From positions 1 to 64,000 of the IMG/VR virus record IMGVR_UViG_3300033073_000410: DNA of 64,000 bases. The stretch is one strand, 5' to 3'. Positions 18,038 through 27,009 of the stretch are shown piece by piece; position 1 is the first letter of the stretch, and each line of letters opens with the position of its first letter. A program made the translations under genes and the position numbers. The stretch comes from a virus (Duplodnaviria; Caudoviricetes). Below the pieces are notes generated by a model that saw only the letters and a program-made list of their open reading frames with translations, was not told where the DNA came from and did not search any database.

Positions 18038-18534
18038 GCAAAAAGATCCTCACACCATTCACGATGACCTTCTCTGAAAGCCATGTTACTTTGTGTTTCT
18101 CTAACCTCAACACGATAACACCACAATCTTTTTGCTTCACTTTCACCCCACATGTCTGGGATGTAAACACCATTGACATACTTGTATAGCATGTCAGATA
18201 ATGCTTCGCAACCTAGTGCTGGCAAGATAGTTAACTTAGCTAACTTTCTGCGTTCCATTTCTTTATAGAACTCTAGTTCAGGGTCATCTTGTGCTACTAA
18301 TGTAGTGTGGTCAAACTGGTCTTCTAAAATCTTCTTTAGTTCTTTCAAGCCGCCGTAATCAGCAGCCCAATTACGAACGTCTAAATCGTTTGTACCGAAA
18401 TAGAACTTCATGCTGAAACTATAGCCATGATTCATATTGCAGTGGCTGTCTGCACGCCATTGACGATAAGCGCAAGGGAATGCGTCAATGTATTCTTTTG
18501 TACTTGTGTACTTGTAAGTTATTGGGTTATGCAT
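18034..18534 (-). CDS. queD: 6-carboxy-5,6,7,8-tetrahydropterin synthase
   Basis: CNMNHGYS (CxxxHGY), DYG.LK, FDH, E.L, VEVRET..N. Confidence 0.88.
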   Translation of the reverse strand: MHNPITYKYTSTKEYIDAFPCAYRQWRADSHCNMNHGYSFSMKFYFGTNDLDVRNWAADYGGLKELKKILEDQFDHTTLVAQDDPELEFYKEMERRKLAKLTILPALGCEALSDMLYKYVNGVYIPDMWGESEAKRLWCYRVEVRETQSNMAFREGHREWCEDLFA

Positions 18535-18605
18535 ATTTTCTCCTATGTTAATTTTAGCATAGGCAGCAGAATTTGTAAAGCGGGATGATGCTAAGACCGC
18601 TATCT
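18535..18605 (-). ncRNA. Candidate preQ1-I-like riboswitch in the queD leader
   Basis: AGCGG-UCUUAGCAUCAUC-CCGCU-UUACAAA-UUC-UGCUG-CCUAUG-CUAAAAUUAA-CAUAGG-AG-AAAAU-AUG: P1, pseudoknot P2, A-rich linker and anti-SD hairpin. Confidence 0.6.
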
Positions 18606-18614
18606 TTATTTACC

Positions 18615-18914
18615 TTATCTGTAAAGTTCCAATAACATTTGGTACTTATTGTATGCCTCTTGGACTGCAGGATTTTCACGACGGATAACATAATCCTCAT
18701 GGTCTTTTTTATTCACATGTTCCATCTTGCTAAAATAGTCAGCCATGTGTTCTAACTCTCTACGGCCGATTTCCATTTCAACGGAACCACGGTCATAGCC
18801 AGTGTAATAAGATGACTTGAGTGAATCATAATAGTCGATAAATTGATGAGGTCGGTCTTCTTTAACTCTTACAACTTTGAATCCAAAATATCTAACAAAT
18901 TTTTCTAAGTCCAT
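18615..18914 (-). CDS. Hypothetical protein
   Basis: C-terminal ENPAVQEAYNKYQMLLEL motif. Confidence 0.6.
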   Translation of the reverse strand: MDLEKFVRYFGFKVVRVKEDRPHQFIDYYDSLKSSYYTGYDRGSVEMEIGRRELEHMADYFSKMEHVNKKDHEDYVIRRENPAVQEAYNKYQMLLELYR

Positions 18915-19375
18915 TACTTACCTTTCTGTGCTTCTGCTACACGCTTGCGTAATCCACTTGAACTAAACGAATGGTCACGACTGTTAAAGATATGATTGAT
19001 ACCTTTCTGTGCGCCCTCTGCTCTACCAGTAAAATCATTGCTCTGATACTCAACACCTAAGATACGAACATCTATGGGTAAAATGAGGATAAGGTCCACA
19101 AGGTCTCTTTCTGTTTCGTACACAACAATTTCATCGACATAACGACACGCCGACAACTGTATCTGCCTCTCAACAACTGACTGTACAGGTTTATTTTTAG
19201 TCTCAGGTCTATCGATTGTGGGGTCGGTTTGGAGCCCAGCAATAAGGTAATCGCAATGATTCTTAGCCTCAGAAAGCATAGCGATGTGTCCAGCGTGGAG
19301 TAAATCGAATGTACTGAACGTAATTCCAATGGTCTTACCCTCTTGTTTGAGTTGTTTAATCTTGTTGAATATCAT
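18914..19375 (-). CDS. Cytidylyltransferase (TagD/glycerol-3-phosphate CTase-like)
   Basis: TFDLLHAGH (HxGH), CDYLIAGLQ, KPV...ER, YVDE, RDHSFSSS. Confidence 0.88.
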   Translation of the reverse strand: MIFNKIKQLKQEGKTIGITFSTFDLLHAGHIAMLSEAKNHCDYLIAGLQTDPTIDRPETKNKPVQSVVERQIQLSACRYVDEIVVYETERDLVDLILILPIDVRILGVEYQSNDFTGRAEGAQKGINHIFNSRDHSFSSSGLRKRVAEAQKGK

Positions 19376-19667
19376 CTGGTAGTATCTCTACTAATTCATC
19401 AAAGTTCTCACCCTGAGTAAAATGATACTCTCTACCTGCGTGATGATAGACTGAAGTCCAAGTTCTTTGATTGTTGCTCTCACTTGATGGCTCGATGAGA
19501 TTAAACACTGTAAACAAGTGTTCTCTCTCCTCGCCAGTAATGATGCGTTGCTCGGGGCCTGTTATATCACGTAGAAACTTTTTAAGTTTCACTGGGTCTT
19601 TCCTCAATTCCTCAAGAAAGTCCTCGTGAGCCTTTTTCAAGTCTATTACTTGGCTAGTGTACGCCAC
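19356..19667 (-). CDS. Hypothetical protein
   Basis: Coupled ORF. Confidence 0.55.
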   Translation of the reverse strand: MAYTSQVIDLKKAHEDFLEELRKDPVKLKKFLRDITGPEQRIITGEEREHLFTVFNLIEPSSESNNQRTWTSVYHHAGREYHFTQGENFDELVEILPDDIQQD

Positions 19668-19882
19668 ATTACCCTCTTTTCATTTTCTTTTAAGAATTCT
19701 TCTTCGCCGGCAAAGGTGGGACTATCTGCCATAATCTCGTCAATGAGCCATTTGAGTTTATGCAGGTCTTTCTTTATCTCAAACTGTGTGAAGCCATCAT
19801 TGTAACGACTGTGTAGTTCTACCCCACTCATATAGATTTGATGGCTTACTTGATTATAATCCATTGGCTTTTTAAATCCCAT
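19646..19882 (-). CDS. Hypothetical protein (start MGFKKP)
   Basis: AAGGAG SD before 19882. Confidence 0.6.
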   Translation of the reverse strand: MGFKKPMDYNQVSHQIYMSGVELHSRYNDGFTQFEIKKDLHKLKWLIDEIMADSPTFAGEEEFLKENEKRVMWRTLAK

Positions 19883-20042
19883 TTGATTTCTCCTTACATG
19901 TACAGTTTCTACCTTGATTGCAATTGCCGTGACAAGCACTAGTTGCATTCCAGGCGTTAGCTAATATTGCTTTGATAACTGAAATGAATGGGTAAAGAAG
20001 ATAACCCAATAACATTCCATAGATGAAAATTTCAATCATCAT
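19872..20042 (-). CDS. Small membrane protein with CxGNCNQGRxCxC motif (not in the track)
   Basis: [56 protein letters not shown]. Confidence 0.6.
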   Translation of the reverse strand: MMIEIFIYGMLLGYLLYPFISVIKAILANAWNATSACHGNCNQGRNCTCKEKSNGI

Positions 20043-20719
20043 TTGCCTTTGTTTGCGATTTGCAAGAATTCTGCACGTGCTGATGGATCAGTTTTGAAGC
20101 CTCCACCGAGACGACAAGTGACAGTGCTGGAACCGGTATCTTCGACACCTCTTGACTTAACGCAATAATGCTGTGCATCGATGAGGACTGCAACGTCTTC
20201 GGTTTCAAGAATATATTGTAGACTGTGAAAAATCTGCTCTGTAAGTCTCTCTTGGATTTGAGGTCGTTTCGAAAAGTATTCAACGATCCTATTGATTTTT
20301 GATAGTCCGAGCACTTTGGATTTAGGAACATAAGCAACTGTAGCCAACCCGTCAATAACGACAAAGTGATGTTCGCAATTACTTTGGACCATAACGTTGC
20401 GTTCAACGACCATTTCGTTATACTGCATTTTATTATCGACTGTAGTACATTTTGGGAATGCGTCATAATCTAAACCCCAGAAAATTTCGTTTACATACAT
20501 CTTAGCAACACGCTTTGGTGTTTCGATAAGACTGTCATCAGTTAAATCAAGACCTAATGCTTTCATAATCTCAGCAAACAATGGCTCGATTACAGCGATT
20601 CTATCTTTTCTATCAGGTATTAGTGATGGTTTTGCAGGTGTCTCAACACCCATTTTGACTAAGTGCTCATGCACTCTTTGACCCAATTGTGGATCGCATT
20701 TTGTTTTATTAAAACTCAT
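20039..20719 (-). CDS. folE: GTP cyclohydrolase I
   Basis: [39 protein letters not shown]. Confidence 0.95.
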   Translation of the reverse strand: MSFNKTKCDPQLGQRVHEHLVKMGVETPAKPSLIPDRKDRIAVIEPLFAEIMKALGLDLTDDSLIETPKRVAKMYVNEIFWGLDYDAFPKCTTVDNKMQYNEMVVERNVMVQSNCEHHFVVIDGLATVAYVPKSKVLGLSKINRIVEYFSKRPQIQERLTEQIFHSLQYILETEDVAVLIDAQHYCVKSRGVEDTGSSTVTCRLGGGFKTDPSARAEFLQIANKGK

Positions 20720-20754
20720 AGATAACCCTCCGTTGTGATGGTTTTATTTTGACA

Positions 20755-20778
20755 TTGTGCAACCTTTGTGTTGCACAA
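20755..20778. other. Perfect 9-bp hairpin in the folE leader
   Basis: TTGTGCAAC-N6-GTTGCACAA just downstream of the TAAATA motif at 20780-20785. Confidence 0.6.
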
Positions 20779-20794
20779 GTATTTAGTCAACGTA

Positions 20795-20992
20795 TTACTT
20801 AGCTTTAGCTTTTGCTTCTGCACGTGCTGCCTTTTCAGCAGTAATTTCGTTACGGCGTGCTTTGATTGCTTTAGCCATTTCTGCCAACGCTTTGCGGGCA
20901 CGAGTACCGGCAGCCGCATTACCCTTTTCAAACTTTTCATGTTCTGCTAGGTATGCTTCTAGGTGTGTGTTAATTTCATTGTGTGCTGACAT
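20795..20992 (-). CDS. Histone H1-like (Hc1-type) small basic protein
   Basis: FEKGNAAAGTRARKALAEMAK...RRNEI. Confidence 0.75.
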   Translation of the reverse strand: MSAHNEINTHLEAYLAEHEKFEKGNAAAGTRARKALAEMAKAIKARRNEITAEKAARAEAKAKAK

Positions 20993-21245
20993 TTTTCTTT
21001 CCTTTAGTTTTCTTTTTCACAGTTACTACCTTTGATAGACTACCATCATCATTAATAATAGTCTCTGGTTCACTGTATTCAAATTTACGTGAAGCAATCG
21101 CTTCTTGTACTTCTTTTAGAAGCTGGTCGTCATCCCAAATAAGTTCAGTCGAGCCATCTTCAAAAGTCTTTACAGTCAAGTGCGTACCTTGACTAATCTT
21201 AGGCCAACCATCAGATGGTTGATTTTTTAATTTCTTTGTTGCCAT
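20976..21245 (-). CDS. Hypothetical protein (start MATKKL)
   Basis: GTHLTV...DG.TEL.WDD..L..EV..AI. Confidence 0.6.
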   Translation of the reverse strand: MATKKLKNQPSDGWPKISQGTHLTVKTFEDGSTELIWDDDQLLKEVQEAIASRKFEYSEPETIINDDGSLSKVVTVKKKTKGKKNVSTQ

Positions 21246-22036
21246 TATTTTGCCCCCGGATCCTTTGCTAACCCACGCCAGTGTGTCACTGTATGGTCTA
21301 AAAAGTCCCATTCTTTGCCGTCCCAATGTCCTTTGTTGGGGAATGGCCAGTTGATAGATTCTTTAGTGAGAATTTCATAGACACCAACTCGCACTGGATT
21401 AATATCTACTGGGAACCAATCGGTCATTTCTAGCTCTGCGACTTCTGATTCTACTACATCATAGTTTCTTTCAAAAGGCCACTTTGCTGTTTGTTTGGTA
21501 TTTGTTTTTGAATTAGGCCACTTAGTTTCATCTTCACTAAACAAATCTACTTCTACGCCGTTTATTTCTACTACCGGCAATTCAATAGTATGAACAATCG
21601 TAGCAGGATCAGTTAAGCCACTGTACTCTACGCCGGTATCTTTGTTAACTAGTTTCAGAGGACCGGTCATGAAATACTCAGTATCATCGTGAGTCCAGCC
21701 CAATTCTTCTACACCTTCATAGTAGTTCTCGTCCCATGCATTCTCAAACGCTTCTAGGTCTTCATCAGTACAGTTACGACCCTTTTCAGTATCTGCCCAG
21801 CAACCGTCAATCATGTCTACCATTTCCCAGCATTCATCATTGTCGATACATCCGAGTTCATAACAATCATCTTCATTCTTTAATTCAGAAGGTGTGAGTG
21901 GAATGTCATCTGATTCTACCGTAAATGTAGACCATCGATATCCTTCTTCACGGATGATGCACTTGTCGTCTTTATACCAGAATTGACGTTCTACTGAACT
22001 TTTCTTATATTCGGTTGATAATTCCCATGTAGCCAT
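21245..22036 (-). CDS. Acidic hypothetical protein
   Basis: Long ORF; C-terminal TDWFP....PVR.G.YE....W.G..W.....HWRGL module. Confidence 0.65.
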   Translation of the reverse strand: MATWELSTEYKKSSVERQFWYKDDKCIIREEGYRWSTFTVESDDIPLTPSELKNEDDCYELGCIDNDECWEMVDMIDGCWADTEKGRNCTDEDLEAFENAWDENYYEGVEELGWTHDDTEYFMTGPLKLVNKDTGVEYSGLTDPATIVHTIELPVVEINGVEVDLFSEDETKWPNSKTNTKQTAKWPFERNYDVVESEVAELEMTDWFPVDINPVRVGVYEILTKESINWPFPNKGHWDGKEWDFLDHTVTHWRGLAKDPGAK

Positions 22037-22037
22037 A

Positions 22038-22220
22038 TCATAATCCTTTTAAACGTTTTACCATTACAAACTTGTCGTAGATTTCACTCATTTGAGTTTG
22101 TTCACCAAAGCACCATTGAATGGAAGCAGTAATTCTAGCCTCTGTTAAATCTTCTTTTGATGCGTTGGGGAACTTCTCTTTGACGAGAGATTCCCATAGT
22201 TCATCAATATTTTGATTCAC
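22038..22220 (-). CDS. Hypothetical protein
   Basis: Coupled ORF. Confidence 0.5.
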   Translation of the reverse strand: MNQNIDELWESLVKEKFPNASKEDLTEARITASIQWCFGEQTQMSEIYDKFVMVKRLKGL

Positions 22221-23394
22221 GTGAATGCTTTCTATAGTCTGTGCTCATACGTAGCATTGTATCACCCTTACCCTCAAGAATGTCAACGATTCGGTCAATC
22301 GTACCATTATTGTAGTCGGATATTTTACCCATGTTCTCGTGTGGCTTCTTTAAAAGTTTTTCCAATTTGTCTAGTGCATCATCTATTGACCAGGGTACAT
22401 ACATACGCTCATGGTCATTCGCAAAAGATTCAGGGAAAGAACGATAAGCAGGATAAAGTACGTTGCATCCCAAACTGTCAGCTTCGGAGACTGTGTTGGA
22501 GACCCAATCTTGTAAAGCGCAATTAAAAACAACACGACTATCGTTGACCACATTATAGTAATCATTCTTATCTAGATCCTCATAAATGTCTAGTACATCA
22601 AGTGCTTGCAATTGTCGAGTACGTTCCATGTAACTATCATTGTTACTTTTTAGTTTCGCACCAGAGCATATAGAAAACTCTATACCTGCACCACCTGGAT
22701 GACGTTTGTACCAACCTTCGATTACATCCATGTAAAAGTCTGGTTGCTTCTCTTGGTCCCATCGTGCTGAGAAAACAACACGGTGTTTGCGTTCACCAAA
22801 TGGCTTGATTGATTCAACACGTGATTGAACTTCTTCTTTACCAAATGCTAGACCGGAAATATTATAGATTGGGGCTTCCCAGCCTGCAATCTTCATGTTC
22901 ATGACCATTTCTTCATTAGTTGCAAGCACAGCACCTCCGCTTTGGTTAACTGCCTCACATACCATCTGTTCATAGTGTCCCATCCACTTTGACATTCCCC
23001 ATACGTGAACAAAATCGTCAGGATCGATTGACTGCGCCAAACAGCGTACAAAAATTTTCGGGCGATGTGATGCAGGCACTTGATTAAGAATATAAGGCAA
23101 ACTCTCAAAGCCCGGTTGAAACATATCTTCAAAGTAGATAACATCTTCACTAGTAACTTCTCCCGCCTTCATCAATTTAACTAGATTCATTAGCTGGCTC
23201 ATACCAAAGTATGAACGACCATGTGCATCTAATACTTGACCAGTGACAATTGCTTGGTCGTTACTCAACGTTTCACCGGGAACAACTACATAGTCTAAAC
23301 CCCGTTTGTCAAAGACACGAGTATTCCACTCTTGTAGCTGTAGAGTGTATCTTGCCTTGTAGGGTTCAAGACCCATGTAGTATAATTTTCTCAT
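22204..23394 (-). CDS. GT-B glycosyltransferase (phage DNA alpha-glucosyltransferase-like fold)
   Basis: VVFSARWDQEKQP, FNCALQDWVSNTVSEA, LYPAYRSFPE. Confidence 0.75.
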   Translation of the reverse strand: MRKLYYMGLEPYKARYTLQLQEWNTRVFDKRGLDYVVVPGETLSNDQAIVTGQVLDAHGRSYFGMSQLMNLVKLMKAGEVTSEDVIYFEDMFQPGFESLPYILNQVPASHRPKIFVRCLAQSIDPDDFVHVWGMSKWMGHYEQMVCEAVNQSGGAVLATNEEMVMNMKIAGWEAPIYNISGLAFGKEEVQSRVESIKPFGERKHRVVFSARWDQEKQPDFYMDVIEGWYKRHPGGAGIEFSICSGAKLKSNNDSYMERTRQLQALDVLDIYEDLDKNDYYNVVNDSRVVFNCALQDWVSNTVSEADSLGCNVLYPAYRSFPESFANDHERMYVPWSIDDALDKLEKLLKKPHENMGKISDYNNGTIDRIVDILEGKGDTMLRMSTDYRKHSRESKY

Positions 23395-23597
23395 CGTGTG
23401 ATTGCTTCCGGCCATTGATCCTTAGCAAATTTACCTGCTAAGTTTTTAGTATGTTGACGATATACGTATGAACGCATATCATACAATGTTGCTTCATCAA
23501 ACTTGTAACCAAAGTCTTGACAGAATGTTAGATACTTTTCCAAGTCTTCAAAGATTTGATTGACTTTAGCGTTTGGTTTGAATGTAGGTTTTGCCAT
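23391..23597 (-). CDS. Conserved phage hypothetical protein
   Basis: IFEDLEKY..FC.D.GY.FDE..LY; AAGGA SD. Confidence 0.65.
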   Translation of the reverse strand: MAKPTFKPNAKVNQIFEDLEKYLTFCQDFGYKFDEATLYDMRSYVYRQHTKNLAGKFAKDQWPEAITR

Positions 23598-23608
23598 TTT
23601 GTTTTCCT

Positions 23609-24064
23609 TTAAATGGATATTGTTAAGTTAGGTTGTTTACGATTGTAATAAATTGTGGCACCGTTCTCACCGTCTTCGGAGACAGTAATCTCAATGTCAC
23701 GGTCGGGGTATCGAGTAGCGATTTCTGTATATAAGTCATCGCTCAACATTTCACAACTCTTGTAATCCAATTGTAACGTGCCTGTAGAATATAACTTCTC
23801 TAGCCAGCGTTTGAATTGAATAAACTCGATATCCCTATCGTTGTGAAATACTTCAATCGCCACATTAAAATGAAAAATGTGACGATGTGGAGTTGCTAAA
23901 AAGCTAACATCATATTCATCACCCGTTGCAAGTGATGGGTCTGTTGCTGCCGCTGGGTACTTGTGAATACCCTCTTTTTGATACGTGACGAAAACCATTC
24001 GTCTTGCCGCACTACTAATGCGTACACGTTGTTCTAGTAATGCTCTGTCTCGTTGTTCATTCAT
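23609..24064 (-). CDS. QueD-paralog T-fold protein (DpdL-like candidate CDG decarboxylase)
   Basis: EGIH, LATPHRHIF (LxxxHRHxF), SCEM, VSEDGENGA; lacks the QueD CxxxHG motif. Confidence 0.6.
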   Translation of the reverse strand: MNEQRDRALLEQRVRISSAARRMVFVTYQKEGIHKYPAAATDPSLATGDEYDVSFLATPHRHIFHFNVAIEVFHNDRDIEFIQFKRWLEKLYSTGTLQLDYKSCEMLSDDLYTEIATRYPDRDIEITVSEDGENGATIYYNRKQPNLTISI

Positions 24065-24257
24065 GGTTCATTTCCTTATCATAATCTTGTTGTGCTCGTT
24101 CAAACTTACGAATGTCATCCTTGTAGATAAGTTTTTGCTTTTTCAATGCATTGACTTTCATTTGGTCATAGTTCGGATTTAACATCAGGTCTTGAATAAC
24201 ACTATCGATTAATCGATGTGATTCAGTTAGTGTTGCGATTCGTTGTTTGTACGGCAA
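24057..24257 (-). CDS. DUF465/YdcH-like coiled-coil protein
   Basis: L...H..ID..I......N.LKK.KL..KD.I. Confidence 0.7.
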   Translation of the reverse strand: MPYKQRIATLTESHRLIDSVIQDLMLNPNYDQMKVNALKKQKLIYKDDIRKFERAQQDYDKEMNHE

Positions 24258-24258
24258 A

Positions 24259-25812
24259 TCAATCTCCTAATACTTCTTGAATAGCGTCATCACTATCCAA
24301 CTCTTCCTCATCCTCTACCACTTCAGTTTCTTCTTCGAATAGAGCATTAAACATAGTCATTGCGTTAACAGTTTTCTTACCGCTAATACCCTGACTGCCT
24401 GATTGGAATTGCTTCCAGTAACTATTGTGATAGTCAATCAATTCGATAGCTTCTTGTTTTGTTTTCTTTGAGAAAATCTCGTCAACCAATTCACTAAAGA
24501 ACTTACTACCCTCGAACTTATGAATAAGCATTTTAGGAACAATGCCTTGCTCATAACTACGATTCGCATCTTGAACCGCTGTCATGTGCATCCAAACATT
24601 ATGTGATTGAATCAATGTATAACTCAATGTGTCCCAACTGGTTTTAGTTTCTTTACCATGCTGTCCAATAAATCCTTGACCTCTAAAGCACAAATCCTTA
24701 AGTAACATTCTATCAGTTACTGGACTGTCTGTAAACATATCATGGACACCTTCAGCCAAAACAGCATCCCGATACTTACGTGCATCAGTTGAATACTGTT
24801 TGCCCTCAGCAGTTTTCTCCATACTGTATGTCCATTTCTTATCATGTTCGATACTAGTATTGAAATATGCCAAACCTTTAGCCGCACTATAGAATGGGCT
24901 TGCACAGTCAAATGTGATTTGAAGTTTTGGGTTATGGTACTTACGAATTGCTTTTTGGATATCAGTAAACAATACAGCATACTCTAAGATACTTGTACCC
25001 AAGCAGTGAATCAAGTCGTGCTTACCTTCTTGTAACAATCCATCAAAAATGATATCAACCATTCTAGTTAGCATCAAGTGAACGTCAATCTTGTTCTGTC
25101 CCCCGAACGCCCAACCATTAAAGTGATTATCTGGATAGATGTTTGGATCGCAATACTTCTTCATTTCATTATACCAATCTTCTGATTGAGTATGATTACG
25201 ACCTTGTAATACGTTTAAGAACTTGCACTTGCCGTTTCTGTTCTTAATGAAGTATTCATTGTTGATGTGTGTAGCACTGATAGCTTCTTCGATTGTACTA
25301 ATACCGTGAGCACTTGTACCAGTCTTAGGGTCTTTGATATGAAACGTAGTCAATGATTGTGAAGGGATATCTAAACACATACCATAGTCCATGTATGTAT
25401 CCATCCAATTCAAAACTTGCTTGCGCTTTTTCATAGCACGTGGACAATTAGGATCTTTCCAATCAGCAGGCCATTGAGCCTTTAGAATTTGAAATCCACC
25501 TGAGTCACCTAGCATGAATGTACCTGGTTCACGATTACGCACAACCCATTCTTTAGGATCGTCATCGGTTGTATCCAAGTTTGCGTGACCAGCAGAATAC
25601 AAACCCCACTTGTAAGTATACAGACCTTGCTTACTGTTGAGAAAGTTTAAACATTCAACATCACCATTGAACTGTTGCGGAATGCGATTCTGTTCAAAAT
25701 AGTTTTCACCTGCTTGTTGCTTACCCAAGCCAGCAATATAAAAACTACTTACTGCGGGTAAGAACAGTGCCCATTCTGGGTCTTGTTTTGCTGATAAATT
25801 ATCTTGTTGCAT
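24259..25812 (-). CDS. TGT-fold guanine transglycosylase (DpdA-like, probably DpdA3-type)
   Basis: GDSGGFQI, CLDIP, NVLQG, GWAFGG, IHCLG, TFDCASP, HN; adjacent to folE/queD/queE and replication genes. Confidence 0.75.
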   Translation of the reverse strand: MQQDNLSAKQDPEWALFLPAVSSFYIAGLGKQQAGENYFEQNRIPQQFNGDVECLNFLNSKQGLYTYKWGLYSAGHANLDTTDDDPKEWVVRNREPGTFMLGDSGGFQILKAQWPADWKDPNCPRAMKKRKQVLNWMDTYMDYGMCLDIPSQSLTTFHIKDPKTGTSAHGISTIEEAISATHINNEYFIKNRNGKCKFLNVLQGRNHTQSEDWYNEMKKYCDPNIYPDNHFNGWAFGGQNKIDVHLMLTRMVDIIFDGLLQEGKHDLIHCLGTSILEYAVLFTDIQKAIRKYHNPKLQITFDCASPFYSAAKGLAYFNTSIEHDKKWTYSMEKTAEGKQYSTDARKYRDAVLAEGVHDMFTDSPVTDRMLLKDLCFRGQGFIGQHGKETKTSWDTLSYTLIQSHNVWMHMTAVQDANRSYEQGIVPKMLIHKFEGSKFFSELVDEIFSKKTKQEAIELIDYHNSYWKQFQSGSQGISGKKTVNAMTMFNALFEEETEVVEDEEELDSDDAIQEVLGD

Positions 25813-26201
25813 TAAGGTACCATTGAAGGTTTGATATCATTGCCCGGACTCTTAATAAGAGTCTGAACCATTTTGATTTGGTCTTTTTTCTGATTGATTT
25901 GGTCTACTAAATCTCTGATAGATGGGTGCTCTTTCGCCAATGCTTCAAGCTCCCATTCTTCTGCACGTTTCTTACGTGCCCAATCTAATAGTGATTCGGT
26001 TTCTTGTGATAGACCAACACTGGCTGTACCTTCGTTGAGTTTCATCCAGTTGTTGCCATCGAACACTTCCATACTTTGATTGGTAGTGTTGTATCGCATA
26101 TTACCTACGCCCTGAGCACCACTGTAACCATTGATATAGTTACTGCCGCCACTGTAAGTGACTTGCACAGAGGGTGAGGTTCCGTAGATTGTGCCTATCA
26201 T
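25812..26201 (-). CDS. Hypothetical protein
   Basis: G.MRYN.....EVFDG..W motif plus a C-terminal EHPSI...M...L helix. Confidence 0.65.
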   Translation of the reverse strand: MIGTIYGTSPSVQVTYSGGSNYINGYSGAQGVGNMRYNTTNQSMEVFDGNNWMKLNEGTASVGLSQETESLLDWARKKRAEEWELEALAKEHPSIRDLVDQINQKKDQIKMVQTLIKSPGNDIKPSMVP

Positions 26202-26932
26202 TTTTGTTGCGCTGGTAACAAGTATTGATATACAGCTAATCCTGAATCAACTGTAATTTCAGCAAGACCTTGGTCGCTAATCTTAAATGTCTTATCACCA
26301 TTCAAGCTAAGAATAGCCATAACTTGCTTAACTGGCCATTGCCATTGACGACTCATTGTACCAGTAACACCTGCTTCGAAAACAAAGTTACCGCTGTGAG
26401 TTGATGGATCACCGAAGAACACTTTCAAATCACCATTGTCTAGTTTTGTAGTAAAAGTTGTTTCTTCTGAGTTGGCACTTGCTTGCTTCTTCAAACGTAG
26501 AATGTTAGCAACACTTGGTGTGAAACTAACATTGAATGTTGGGGTAACTGCTAGTTTAGGCTTCTTAACTTTTTCAACGACAACGTTCTCGCCCATCAAA
26601 CGATAGTCGTTAATAAAGTCGCCGTTCTTTGTTTCAAAGTGAATCGTGTCCGGGACTTGCACACCATTACGGTCTTTAGTCTTAACTGAGATATTTGCAG
26701 TTTCATCATATTCATCGAAACCAACGATAGTGCTTAACTTGCTCAAGTTAGGCATACCGAATGTACCGATAAACTCTGGGTTAGCTGTCTTAAACTTACC
26801 AGTAACAATAACTGTGCGGTCGTCTGCGACTGCGATAACTTCAGTTTCTTGTTGTGTACCTTCTACTCGAACAACGTCAATGCCATCTAATGCTTTAACG
26901 TGTTCGATAATGTCTTGTAATGTATCTTTCAT
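26198..26932 (-). CDS. Sliding clamp (gp45/PCNA-like)
   Basis: 244 aa, beta-rich, ends ITVDSGLAVYQYLLPA; directly downstream of the DNA polymerase. Confidence 0.7.
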   Translation of the reverse strand: MKDTLQDIIEHVKALDGIDVVRVEGTQQETEVIAVADDRTVIVTGKFKTANPEFIGTFGMPNLSKLSTIVGFDEYDETANISVKTKDRNGVQVPDTIHFETKNGDFINDYRLMGENVVVEKVKKPKLAVTPTFNVSFTPSVANILRLKKQASANSEETTFTTKLDNGDLKVFFGDPSTHSGNFVFEAGVTGTMSRQWQWPVKQVMAILSLNGDKTFKISDQGLAEITVDSGLAVYQYLLPAQQK

Positions 26933-26972
26933 TTTATGTCCTTATAAATGTATTTAGGAATACTTAATGTGT

Positions 26973-27001
26973 ATTATAGTGGAAGTTTTTGCGTTTGTAA
27001 A
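26973..27001 (-). promoter_or_regulatory. sigma70 promoter, plus a tandem TAAATA late motif at 26951-26956
   Basis: TTTACA-N17-TATAAT. Confidence 0.65.
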
Positions 27002-27009
27002 CAATTAGT

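Noticed and set aside
24259-25812. Canonical tRNA-guanine transglycosylase (tgt)
   Set aside because: It lacks the CxCxxC zinc site of bacterial TGT, and its context beside the clamp and polymerase favours a DNA/nucleotide-directed DpdA-type role, so no gene symbol is assigned.
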